NCBI GenBank assembly: GCA_019634625.1
Contig: JAHCBA010000005.1
Coordinates: forward strand, 136,950 to 200,949
Direction: 5' to 3'
From: Verrucomicrobiia bacterium
Lineage (GTDB): Bacteria; Verrucomicrobiota; Verrucomicrobiia; Limisphaerales; CAIMTB01
DNA length: 64,000 nucleotides
In this document: positions 41,193 to 50,562 of the stretch, piece after piece
Layout: the number at the start of each line of letters is the position of its first letter
Position numbering within the stretch: position 1 is the first letter of the stretch
The notes under the pieces: model-generated
Told to the model about the DNA's origin: nothing
The model's database searches: none
What the model saw: the letters and a program-made list of their open reading frames with translations, nothing else
Program-made: the position numbers and the translations under genes

Positions 41193-41429
41193 GCCGCCAC
41201 GTTGGCGCAGGCCCGGTTCGGGAGCAACGCCGGAGCCACCTCGCAACGTGGGTTCGACCGAACCCGGTCGCTGGACGGATGGCACCGACGGAAATTGTGT
41301 GCATATGCACGCTGTTTAGGATGATTTCAACGGCGGCTCCGAAGGGTTGCGCTTCCATGGGGTGTCGCCCTCGCGAACCGGGACGTCCGGGGCTTGGAAT
41401 GTGGGCCGGATCAGGGCTTGATCTCGCCC

Positions 41430-42560
41430 ATGAAGTCCCCCTTCGTCGGCGCATTCCGCATCCTATTGGTAGCGATCCTCGGCCTCTCCGGACTGGCCCG
41501 GGCGGAAACCTGGCACGTGTATTTCGGTACCGGCGGACCGGGGGCGAAGGGCATTTACCGGTCCAGCTTCGATACTGCTTCGGGCCGCCTCGCCCCGGCG
41601 GAACTCGCCGCCGAGATCGCGTCTCCGGGTTTCCTGGCGGTTCACCCCGACGGCACAAAGCTGTACGCCGTGGCCGGCTTTCCCGGCGGGCCCGGCGTGG
41701 CCGCCTATCGGATGGCACCCGACGGGTCCCTCGCTCCCCTTGGCACGTCACCGACGGGCGACGGCGGCGGCGCGCATGTGGCGGTCCATCCGAGCGGACG
41801 ATTCCTGCTCACGGCCCAGTATGGCGGCGGGTCCGTGGCGGTGTTTCCTCTCGATGCCGAAGGCCGCCCGGGTGTCGCCACGCTGCATCGCCATGAAGGG
41901 GGCTCGCGCGTGGTCGCCAACCGCCAGAACGCCCCTCACCCGCACTGGTGCGGATTTTCGCCCGACGGCCGTTATGCCCTGGTTCCGGATCTCGGCATGG
42001 ACGGAATCGTCATCTACCGGGTGGACGTCGAGCACGGCACGCTGGAACGGCACGGCTTTGCGGCGTCGGTGCCGGGTGGCGGTCCCCGCCACATGCGCTT
42101 CTCCATCGACGGACGGTTCATCCATCTCCTCAACGAGCTATCCCTGTCGGTGACTTCCTTCGCCTGGGATGCCGCCTCGGGAACAGCACGGCGCCTCGGC
42201 ACAATCCCGGCCCTCAGTGAAGAGGCCAAGGCCAAGGAGGCCTTCAACTCCGCCGCCGAGATCCTGGTCCATCCGAGCGGCCGGTTCGTGTATTCCTCCA
42301 ACCGCGGCCACGACACCGTCACCGTCTATCGAGCGGATCCGGAAACGGCGGGGCTCGAGGTGATCCAGGTGCAACCCATCCGCGGCGCCTTTCCCCGCAA
42401 CATCAACCTGGCCCCCGGCGGAGGCTGGCTGCTGGCCGCCGGGGCCGACTCGAACACGGTCGCCGTCCATCGCGTGAACTCCGATACCGGCGAGCTCACC
42501 TACCAGACCCGGGGCATCATCAATGTCCCCGCCCCGATCTGCATCGTGTTCGCCCGTTGA
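41430..42560 (+). CDS. Lactonase, seven-bladed beta-propeller family (6-phosphogluconolactonase-like), secreted
   Basis: Starts MKSPFVGAFRILLVAILGLSGLARA (ATG at 41430). Family-typical blocks: GIYRSSFDTASGRL, HPDGTKLYAV, NYGGGSV-like (QYGGGSVAV), HPHWCGFSPDGRYALVPDLGMD. Confidence 0.75.
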   Translation: MKSPFVGAFRILLVAILGLSGLARAETWHVYFGTGGPGAKGIYRSSFDTASGRLAPAELAAEIASPGFLAVHPDGTKLYAVAGFPGGPGVAAYRMAPDGSLAPLGTSPTGDGGGAHVAVHPSGRFLLTAQYGGGSVAVFPLDAEGRPGVATLHRHEGGSRVVANRQNAPHPHWCGFSPDGRYALVPDLGMDGIVIYRVDVEHGTLERHGFAASVPGGGPRHMRFSIDGRFIHLLNELSLSVTSFAWDAASGTARRLGTIPALSEEAKAKEAFNSAAEILVHPSGRFVYSSNRGHDTVTVYRADPETAGLEVIQVQPIRGAFPRNINLAPGGGWLLAAGADSNTVAVHRVNSDTGELTYQTRGIINVPAPICIVFAR

Positions 42561-42681
42561 TCCGCACGATCAAACCCGGTCCCGATGGGCGCCCGCCATT
42601 TTTCGATTCACGCCATCGCGCCCCGGGGGGATATAGGGAGCGCCGGTCCGAAACCTCGAATCCTCCTTCCACGGCACGGCG

Positions 42682-45660
42682 ATGATCGCTCCCATCCTTC
42701 TCCTTCTCGTCCTGGGCGGCATGGTGGTGGCCGGTCTGGTCACGCTGGTATGGCTCTGCGTTCAGGTGTCCCAACTGCGGCGACGGGTGGACCACCTGGA
42801 ACGGGCAACCCATCCCGAACCGGCGCCAGAACCGCAGGACCTCCCCACGGCGGATGCCGCTCCAGCCTGGCGCGATGAACCGCCGGTCCCTGCCCCCGCC
42901 GGGGCACCGACCTTCGAGAATGCTGGCGCGGAGACGTTCTCGTCGTCCTTGGCCCCCGATGACGGGCCGCCGGTGCTGCCTGCCGAGGCGCCGTCGATAC
43001 CCTTCGCTCCGCCTCCCGGTCAGACTGCGGCAGGTCGTCCATGGGGTTCCGTGGACTGGGAGCAATTCATGGGGGCGCGTCTTTTCGCGTGGCTGGGCGG
43101 GCTGGCCCTGTTCCTCGGCGTGGCCTACTTCGTGAAGTACTCGTTCGAGCGCGACCTCATCCCGCCGGCGGGCCGGGTGCTGATCGGGCTGGCCACCGGA
43201 CTGGGCCTGGTCGGAGGCGGATTGCGTTTGTGGCGGACGGCGTATGGCGTCACGGCTCAGACCTTGTGTGCCACCGGCGTGGTGATTCTCTACGCGGCGC
43301 TGTTTGCGGGGCACGCTTTCTATCGCCTGCCCTGGCTGCCGCAGAGTCTCACCTTTGCGGCGATGACGTTGATCACCGCGGGCGCCTTTCTCCTCGCGGC
43401 ACGGCTCCAGGCCCAGGTGGTGGCGGTGCTCGGGCTGCTGGGCGGATTTCTCACGCCGATCCTGCTGTCGTCGGGACAGGACCAGGCTCTGGCACTTTTC
43501 ACCTATATCGCGTTGCTCAATGCGGGCCTGATGGCGGTGGCCCTGCGACGCCGCTGGGAATACCTCGTCCTGCTGGGTGCCATCGGCACCTGGCTCCTGC
43601 AATGGGGCTGGGCGGGACGGTTCCTGACCCCCGACCGGTTGTGGACGGGCTGGGCGGTGTTCGCGGGTTTCAATGCACTCTTCGCCCTCGGCCTCGGTCT
43701 GGCGAAGCGGTGCGACCGCGCCAGCGACTGGTGGTCCGGCGCACTGACCGTCACCGCAGTCTCAACCCTCGGCTGGGTGGGTGGCATGCTGCTGGGAACG
43801 GACGCTGGAACCCGACCGGCTCCGTTGTTTGCGATGGTCCTGGCCGCCGATGTGGTGCTCCTGGCCGCCGCCTGGTGGCGCGCCCGCTGGACGTCGGCCC
43901 ACGTGGTGGCGGGGATGATCGCCTTCGGATACGTGGCCCTGTGGCAGGCCCGGTTCCTGACGCCCGAGCTGCTCGGATGGGCGCTCGGGTTGAGTCTTGG
44001 GTTTGCGGTGCTGCATGTGGGGTTCCCGTTGTTGCTGGTGCGATGGCAGTCGGATCGCGGAACCCAGGTGGTCCGTTCCGCGCAACTCTTCCCGCCGCTC
44101 GCCCTGTTGATGCTTGCCCTCCCGTTGCTGCGTCTCGCGGAGGCCTCGTTCGCCCTGTGGCCGGTGCTGCTGCTGGTGAACCTGCTGGCGCTGGCCCTCG
44201 CCGTCTGGGCCCGCGGCCTGTTCGGTGCGGGGGCGGCCGCCATGCTGACCCTGTTGACCACCGGGCTTTGGATCGGGCGCATCGCCAGCGTGCCGACACC
44301 TCCATTGGGCTTCACTCTCCTGATGGTCGTGGGTGCGGCCGTCCTCTTCGGGGCGGCTGCCTGGTTCCTTTGGGAACGGGCCCGACGGACCTCCGAGCCG
44401 GACGATGCGCAGTCGGCGATGCTCCGCCAGTTCCCGGTGATCACCACGCTGATGCCGTTTCTGCTGCTGGCCCAGGTGGTGGTGGTGCTTCCCATCCCCG
44501 ATCCCACACCGGTGTTTGCCGCCGCCCTCGCTCTGGTCGGCGTCCTGCTCGTCCTGGCCCTGCGCCTGCGAATCGAATTCCTGCCCCTGGCGGGACTGGG
44601 CGGGCTGGCGCTGCTCCAGCATGTCTGGTGGCTGGATGAACTGTCAGGGGCAACCCATCCCGGACGGGCCCTCGTCGGGTGCCTGGTATTCCTCGCCTGC
44701 TTCGGCGGCCTGCCGTGGTGGGCGCGGCGAACCATGGAAACCCTGCGATGGCCCTGGGTGGCGGTGGCGCTGGCGGGCCTGCCCCAGTTCCACCTCGTGT
44801 ACCGCCTGATCGAACGGTACTGGCCCAACGAGATCATGGGGCTCATCCCGCTGGCCTTCGCCGTGCCGCCCGCCCTTGCGCTGGCTGGGTTGGTCCGCTC
44901 GCGCAACCAGCAAAGCCCCTGGCACCTCGAACGTCTGGCGTGGATGGGAGGCGCCACACTGGCCTTTGTCACTCTCGCCTTTCCCATCCAGTTCGAGCGG
45001 CAATGGCTCACACTCGGGCTTGCCCTCGAAGGTGCGGCGCTCCTCTGGCTGTTCCGCAAAGTCCCGCACCCGGGCCTGCGCCTGGTCGGGGTGGTGATGC
45101 TCTCGGTGGTCTTCCTGCGGTTGTGCATCAATCCGGCCGTCCTCGAATACGCCGTGCGCGGCCCGCACGGCCTCTGGAACGTCTGGCTCTATACCTACAG
45201 CCTGGCGGCCGCCGCCATGTTCCTCGGTGCCCGGGCCCTCCAGCCGCCCGACGACTGCCTCGGACCCCTTCCCGGCCGCGCCTGGCTGGCCGGCCTGGGT
45301 ACCGTGCTCGTGTTTGCCCTGGTGAACCTCCAGATCGCCGACTACTTCACGCCCGTGGGCGAATGGGTGCGGTTCGACTTCTCAGGCAACTTCGCGCGCG
45401 ACATGACCTACACCATCGCCTGGGCTCTCTTCGCCCTCGCCCTCGTCGGCATCGGGATCGGCAAGCGGCTGGTCGTCGCGCGATGGGCCGGACTCGCGCT
45501 CCTTGGCGTCGCCGTGGCCAAGCTGTTCCTTCACGACCTCGCACGACTCGACCAGTTGTACCGCGTGGGCGCCTTGATCGCCGTGGCCCTGGTCGCCATC
45601 ACGGCGTCCGTCCTCTACCAGAGGTTCATCGCCAGGGAATTGTCTCGACCCGCCCCGTGA
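42682..45660 (+). CDS. Large polytopic membrane protein (DUF2339-like)
   Basis: 992 aa. It has an N-terminal TM helix with a coiled segment and a Pro-rich linker. After WEQFMGARLFAWLGGLALFLGVAYFVKY there are more than 20 predicted TM helices. Confidence 0.7.
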   Translation: MIAPILLLLVLGGMVVAGLVTLVWLCVQVSQLRRRVDHLERATHPEPAPEPQDLPTADAAPAWRDEPPVPAPAGAPTFENAGAETFSSSLAPDDGPPVLPAEAPSIPFAPPPGQTAAGRPWGSVDWEQFMGARLFAWLGGLALFLGVAYFVKYSFERDLIPPAGRVLIGLATGLGLVGGGLRLWRTAYGVTAQTLCATGVVILYAALFAGHAFYRLPWLPQSLTFAAMTLITAGAFLLAARLQAQVVAVLGLLGGFLTPILLSSGQDQALALFTYIALLNAGLMAVALRRRWEYLVLLGAIGTWLLQWGWAGRFLTPDRLWTGWAVFAGFNALFALGLGLAKRCDRASDWWSGALTVTAVSTLGWVGGMLLGTDAGTRPAPLFAMVLAADVVLLAAAWWRARWTSAHVVAGMIAFGYVALWQARFLTPELLGWALGLSLGFAVLHVGFPLLLVRWQSDRGTQVVRSAQLFPPLALLMLALPLLRLAEASFALWPVLLLVNLLALALAVWARGLFGAGAAAMLTLLTTGLWIGRIASVPTPPLGFTLLMVVGAAVLFGAAAWFLWERARRTSEPDDAQSAMLRQFPVITTLMPFLLLAQVVVVLPIPDPTPVFAAALALVGVLLVLALRLRIEFLPLAGLGGLALLQHVWWLDELSGATHPGRALVGCLVFLACFGGLPWWARRTMETLRWPWVAVALAGLPQFHLVYRLIERYWPNEIMGLIPLAFAVPPALALAGLVRSRNQQSPWHLERLAWMGGATLAFVTLAFPIQFERQWLTLGLALEGAALLWLFRKVPHPGLRLVGVVMLSVVFLRLCINPAVLEYAVRGPHGLWNVWLYTYSLAAAAMFLGARALQPPDDCLGPLPGRAWLAGLGTVLVFALVNLQIADYFTPVGEWVRFDFSGNFARDMTYTIAWALFALALVGIGIGKRLVVARWAGLALLGVAVAKLFLHDLARLDQLYRVGALIAVALVAITASVLYQRFIARELSRPAP

Positions 45661-45688
45661 CCTCCTCCCCGACGACCCGCATCCATCA

Positions 45689-47266
45689 TTGGACATGTAC
45701 CGCTGCTCCTTACCCCGGTCCCGCTCCCTCCGCATCGCCGCGCTCACCGCATGCCTCGCCCTGACCGCATTCGATGGACCCGCGTCCCCGGAACTCCCCG
45801 CCCAGGCGTTCTTTGGCATTCGTGCCGTGGATGATCGGACCGGACGCGGCATCCCGCTGGTCGAATTCGAGACGGTCCATCGGGTGCGGTTCGTGACCGA
45901 CAACGCCGGCTGGGTGGCGTTCCTCGAGCCCGGCCTGATGAATCGACCGGTCTTCTTCCACGTTCGCAGCCACGGGTACGACGCGCCCAAGGACGGGTTC
46001 GGGTACGCTTCGGTGGTCCTGACTCCGCGACCGGGAGAACGGGCCGAGGTGCGAATGCGCCGTGTCAACGTCGCCGAACGCCTGTACCGCGTCACCGGCG
46101 AAGGACTCTTCCGTGACAGCGTCCTTCTCGGCGAACCGACCCCGCTGCGGGAACCTCTCGGAACCGCCCAGGTCGCCGGACAGGATTCCGCCTTCTCAGT
46201 CCTTTATCGCGGTCGCATCCACTGGTTCTGGGGCGACACCACGCGCGTCCGCCATCCCCTGGGCCAATTCTGGATGGCCGGCGCCGTCTCCGATCCCCCC
46301 GGACAGGGTGGCCTCGCCCCCGACGTCGGCGTGGACCTGCACTATTTCGTCAACGCAGAGGGGTTCAGCCGTCCCATGGCCCGCATGGGGGTCGATCGCG
46401 GCCTGATCTGGGCGGATGGCTTCACCACCGTGCGCGACGCTTCGGGTCGGGAACGCCTCGTCTGCCACTACGCCCACATGGAATCCCTCGAAAAGATCCT
46501 CGGCCATGGAATCGCCGTGTACGACGACGCCCGCGAGACCTTCGAACGGATCGCCGAGTTCGACCTCAGGGAACTCTGGCGCTGGCCGGCCCAGGCCCAT
46601 CCCGTCCGGCACACTGACGAAGGCGTCGAATACCTGTTGTTCGGAGAGGTCTTTCCAACCTCGCGCGTGCCGGCGACCTGGGAAGCCTTCATCGATCCGG
46701 ACCAGTACCAGGCCTGGACCTGCCTCGCCTCCGGTTCCACCCGGGAAGACCCGGTGCCCGACCGTGACGCCTCCGGGACCCTCCGCTGGGGCTGGCGCCG
46801 CGATGTGCCCCCGGTGGATATCGGGCTCGAGGCGACGCTCCTCGCGCGCGGCCTCATCCGGCGGAACGAGGCCCGGTATCACCCGCGGGATGCAGCCTCG
46901 GACCGAACGGTCACCCTGCACCGGGGATCGATCCATTGGAACCCGCATCGCTCCCGCTGGGTCGCCATCGCCGTCGAGATCGGCGGCACCACCTCGCACC
47001 TCGGGGAGGTCTGGTACGCCGAGGCGCCCGCCCCGACCGGCCCGTGGCGCAAGGCCGTCCGGATCGTCACTCACAACCGGTACAGCTTCTACAATCCGGT
47101 CCATCATCCCGCCTTCGATGAACAGGAAGGTCGCCGGGTGTATTTCGAAGGCACCTATGTCAACACCTTCTCAGGCAATCCGGACGCCACACCGCGGTAC
47201 GACTACAACCAGGTCCTGTACCGCCTCGACCTCGATGACCCGGCCCTCGTCGCCGCCCGGGAATAG
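45689..47266 (+). CDS. Secreted hypothetical protein
   Basis: 525 aa with a signal-like N-terminus (LRIAALTACLALTAF) and coding-like composition throughout. I recognise no motif. Confidence 0.6.
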   Translation: MDMYRCSLPRSRSLRIAALTACLALTAFDGPASPELPAQAFFGIRAVDDRTGRGIPLVEFETVHRVRFVTDNAGWVAFLEPGLMNRPVFFHVRSHGYDAPKDGFGYASVVLTPRPGERAEVRMRRVNVAERLYRVTGEGLFRDSVLLGEPTPLREPLGTAQVAGQDSAFSVLYRGRIHWFWGDTTRVRHPLGQFWMAGAVSDPPGQGGLAPDVGVDLHYFVNAEGFSRPMARMGVDRGLIWADGFTTVRDASGRERLVCHYAHMESLEKILGHGIAVYDDARETFERIAEFDLRELWRWPAQAHPVRHTDEGVEYLLFGEVFPTSRVPATWEAFIDPDQYQAWTCLASGSTREDPVPDRDASGTLRWGWRRDVPPVDIGLEATLLARGLIRRNEARYHPRDAASDRTVTLHRGSIHWNPHRSRWVAIAVEIGGTTSHLGEVWYAEAPAPTGPWRKAVRIVTHNRYSFYNPVHHPAFDEQEGRRVYFEGTYVNTFSGNPDATPRYDYNQVLYRLDLDDPALVAARE

Positions 47267-47356
47267 CCGCAGTGCATCGCATTGGCGGATTCGACGGAAC
47301 TCCGGCTGATGGACCGTCGTCTGGCAGGCGGACGATCTGCGAACTCCGGCCAGGTT

Positions 47357-47653
47357 TCAGCCCCCCGCCATGGCGCCGACAATCAGGAGCGGTTCGTGGC
47401 CGTCCCGCACCGGGACGGGCAGTTCGGCGTCAGGCGGTTGATGGGACCAATCCTCGCGGCAGGCGTAGAAGCGGATAAAGGGGCGGCGCTTCAGGGTGTG
47501 GTGGTCGCGGAGGGTGCCGCGCAAGGTCGGGTACCGGATTTCCAGGGCAGCGAGAACGGTCGCGAGCGTGATCGGTGGGGGAACATCGAGACACACGTCG
47601 CCCTGGACCCGGGCCAGATTGCGAAGGTGGTACGGAAGAGTCACCCGGATCAT
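47357..47653 (-). CDS. MoaD/ThiS-family beta-grasp protein ending in Gly-Gly
   Basis: Lies in ORF 47357..48316. The start is [10 protein letters not shown] (ATG at 47653), with an ATGA overlap with the upstream BNR gene. It is 98 aa and its C-terminus is ...[10 protein letters not shown] followed directly by the stop. Confidence 0.75.
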   Translation of the reverse strand: MIRVTLPYHLRNLARVQGDVCLDVPPPITLATVLAALEIRYPTLRGTLRDHHTLKRRPFIRFYACREDWSHQPPDAELPVPVRDGHEPLLIVGAMAGG

Positions 47654-48765
47654 GGAAGGGTCTGGACCTCGATGGAGAGAACCGCCGGCAGATCGCGCAC
47701 GATGGGTTCCCAGGTGTCTCCGCTGTCGGACGAGGCATAGACCTGGCCGCCGGTGGTGCCGAAGTACACCCCGCACGGGTCGAGCGCGTCCACGGACATG
47801 GCCTCGCGGAGCACGTTCACGTAGCAGTCGCGTTGCGGCAGACCGCGCGTCAGGGGTTCCCAGGATTCGCCCCCCGAACGGCTGCGATAGACGCGCAGCC
47901 TGCCGTCCGGCGGGTAGTGTTCGGAGTCGCTCTTGATGGGGACCACATACACGGTGTCGGGCTCGTGGGCGTGAACCTGGATGGGGAACCCGAAATCCGA
48001 GGGAAGATCCCCGCTGACTTCGCGCCACGACCCGCCGCCGTCGTCGCTGCGCATCACATCCCAGTGCTTCTGCATGAACAGGACGTCCGGACGGGATGGG
48101 TGCAGGGCGATCCGGTGGACGCAGTGGCCCACCTCGGCATCGGGGTCCGGCAATTCGAATTGCGACTTCAGACCCTTGGTGGCCGGCTCCCAGGTCTCGC
48201 CGCCGTCGTCCGTTCGGAATGCGCCTCCGGCCGAGATGGCGACGACCATCCGCCCCGGTCGGGTGGGGTCGAGCAGGATGGTATGGAGCCCCATGCCGCC
48301 GGCGCCCGGGGACCACAAGTGACCCTTCACCGAGCGGAGGGCGGGGAGTTCGGCCCAGGTGCGACCGCCATCCGTCGAGCGGAAGAGGGCGGCGTCCTCA
48401 CCTCCCGCCAGGACGGTGTCCGGATCGGTCAGAGACGGCTCAAGGTGCCAGATGCGCTTGAACTCCCACGGGTGCTGGGTGCCGTCGTACCATTGGTGGG
48501 TCCCCGGGGTCCCGTCGTAGCGGAACTCGTTCCCGACCGGCTCCCAGGTAGTTCCGCCATCATCGGACCGCTGCAGGGTCTGCCCGAACCACCCGCTGGT
48601 CTGCGAGGCGTAGAGCCGGTCGGGCGTCACCGGAGAGCCCTTGACGTGGTAGATCTCCCAGCCGCCAAAAAGGGGTCCCTCCACCTTCCAGTTCCGGCGC
48701 GCACCGTCGGAGGTAAGGATGAACGCCCCTTTGCGGGTTCCAACAAGAACTCTGATGGTGCTCAT
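47650..48765 (-). CDS. BNR/Asp-box repeat beta-propeller protein (sialidase-fold, Ycf48-like)
   Basis: Lies in ORF 47650..48939. The start is [21 protein letters not shown] (ATG at 48765). It has repeated Asp-box motifs ([57 protein letters not shown]). Confidence 0.8.
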   Translation of the reverse strand: MSTIRVLVGTRKGAFILTSDGARRNWKVEGPLFGGWEIYHVKGSPVTPDRLYASQTSGWFGQTLQRSDDGGTTWEPVGNEFRYDGTPGTHQWYDGTQHPWEFKRIWHLEPSLTDPDTVLAGGEDAALFRSTDGGRTWAELPALRSVKGHLWSPGAGGMGLHTILLDPTRPGRMVVAISAGGAFRTDDGGETWEPATKGLKSQFELPDPDAEVGHCVHRIALHPSRPDVLFMQKHWDVMRSDDGGGSWREVSGDLPSDFGFPIQVHAHEPDTVYVVPIKSDSEHYPPDGRLRVYRSRSGGESWEPLTRGLPQRDCYVNVLREAMSVDALDPCGVYFGTTGGQVYASSDSGDTWEPIVRDLPAVLSIEVQTLP

Positions 48766-49155
48766 AATGCGACGGGATCTGAGGTGGACGGGGTTATGAC
48801 AGGCGGACGGTGACCATGCAAACCGGCGCAGCTTCCAATGCGCCTTCTTCGGGTCGGAGCCGGATGGCCGCCGTCTCGTTCGGGAGTGCGGACCGCTCAC
48901 CTCCGTGTCGGGTTTCGGAATGCATGAGCACCCAGTCATGACGAACGGGCGAGACGATCCGGGACAGGTATCTCCCTCGTGCCCCAGAAGCCCGAATCCA
49001 CGGCGAGCCGGAGCGCCCGCTTCGCTCCTTCCTCAGTCGCCGTTCGCCGACTGGGGGGTGGGACTGGGGGGTGGGAGAGGAGGATACGCCGCAACCGGGA
49101 ACTTAAGACCGGCAGTTGGGTGGATGTCGACGTCTAGAACGTGCCCGTAGAATGT

Positions 49156-49499
49156 GCCCGACACGTTATACTTGACTGCTGACCCAACAAGAGTCTGACA
49201 CTTAGTTGTTGACTTCTCTGACATAAAGTCTGACACATACTTGTTGACACTGTGGTTCCTCCGGAAACCTTGGAGTTCTCATCTGGCCATGGTGGATACC
49301 ATTGCAGCTTGGCAGTTGCCCCGACGGTCAACAGCTATTGGCCTGCGTTACTGAAATAAGTTGCTGACATTGCACGCACACACTCTCTCTCTGCTGCTCT
49401 GCCTCCACCCCCTACACCCCCAGCCCGGCATCCCCTAAAATTCCTATCGGCTCACTGGAGATGATCCTGCCGCGTGTCGTCAACATTAGGGTGCCGGGC
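49156..49499. repeat. AT-rich island with five copies of the 21-bp dyad motif
   Basis: Plus orientation: 49156-49176 GCCCGACACGTTATACTTGAC, 49193-49213 GTCTGACACTTAGTTGTTGAC and 49228-49248 GTCTGACACATACTTGTTGAC. Reverse orientation: 49326-49346 GGTCAACAGCTATTGGCCTGC and 49479-49499 GTCAACATTAGGGTGCCGGGC. The island lies between the fdhD 3' end and the BNR gene start. Confidence 0.65.
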
Positions 49500-49654
49500 T
49501 CATTGACTGTAGCGGTTTGGAAGGCTCACGCTGAAGCGTGGACGCCCAACCAACCCGGCAGGGCGGCGACTCGGGGGTACCGGGTTGGCCGCACTTCGTT
49601 TGGTGTGCGGACTTCATGAATGACTCTCTTCCGCGCCTACCGTTGGGTCACCCG

Positions 49655-50518
49655 TCACGAGGGCAGTCGGGCCGTGATGCGCCGGCGATCGGTGTAGAGG
49701 TTGAAGCGCCCGTCGCGGAGGAAACCGACCAGTGATTGACCGGCCGAACGGGCGAACTCGACGGCCAGACTCGACGGGGCGCCGACGGCCGCAACCACGG
49801 GGATCCCGGCGGCGAGCGCCTTCTGTACAATCTCGAAGGACACCCGGCCGCTGACCAGCAGAAGGGTGGTGTCGAGGGGCAGTCTGTCGTTCAGGAGGGC
49901 CCGGCCCAGCAGTTTGTCCACGGCGTTGTGCCGTCCGACGTCTTCGGACAGGTCCACCAGGGACCCGTCGGCCTCGAAGAGACCCGCGGCGTGCAGGCCC
50001 CCGGTTCGGCCAAACAGGCTCTGTCCCTGCCGGAGCCGGTCGGGCATTGAGAGAAGGGTTTCCGCGGTGAGCCGCAGGGCCGATCGGACCGGGGGAAAGC
50101 GGGTGCGGATGGCCTTGATGGTGGCCTTGCCGCAAAGGCCGCAACTCGATGCGCCGAAGACGTGACGGGTCAGTCGGGCCAGATCCACCCGCACGCCGTC
50201 CGCGAGGAAGACTTCGAGGACGTTGCCATCATGATTGCGGGGATTGTGCCGTGTACTGAAGAGGTCCTCGCGACGGCGGATGACGCCTTCGGTCAGGAGA
50301 AATCCCGCCGCAAGTTCTTCATCGTTTCCGGGGGTGCGCATGATGACGGCCACGGGTTGACCGTTAACCCGCAGTTCGAGGGGTTCCTCCCGCGCCACAT
50401 CGTCGAAGGCGGCATCGCCCGTGCGGATCCCGCTCCAGCGTCGGACGCGCATTCGACGGAGCCCCGGGGAAAGCGAACGGGAGCCAGGGCGGATCGGGCG
50501 ACCGGGGGAAGGGGGCAT
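49655..50518 (-). CDS. fdhD: Formate dehydrogenase accessory sulfurtransferase FdhD
   Basis: Motifs: EEPLELRVNGQPVAVIMRTPGNDEELAAGFLLTEG, SSCGLCGK, GGLHAAG, EDVGRHNAVDK. The true start may be MRVRRWSG at 50452. Confidence 0.85.
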   Translation of the reverse strand: MPPSPGRPIRPGSRSLSPGLRRMRVRRWSGIRTGDAAFDDVAREEPLELRVNGQPVAVIMRTPGNDEELAAGFLLTEGVIRRREDLFSTRHNPRNHDGNVLEVFLADGVRVDLARLTRHVFGASSCGLCGKATIKAIRTRFPPVRSALRLTAETLLSMPDRLRQGQSLFGRTGGLHAAGLFEADGSLVDLSEDVGRHNAVDKLLGRALLNDRLPLDTTLLLVSGRVSFEIVQKALAAGIPVVAAVGAPSSLAVEFARSAGQSLVGFLRDGRFNLYTDRRRITARLPS

Positions 50519-50562
50519 CGGGGGTGGGGGACTGCCGGGAACCGCAGGGGCGCTGGGGGGCG

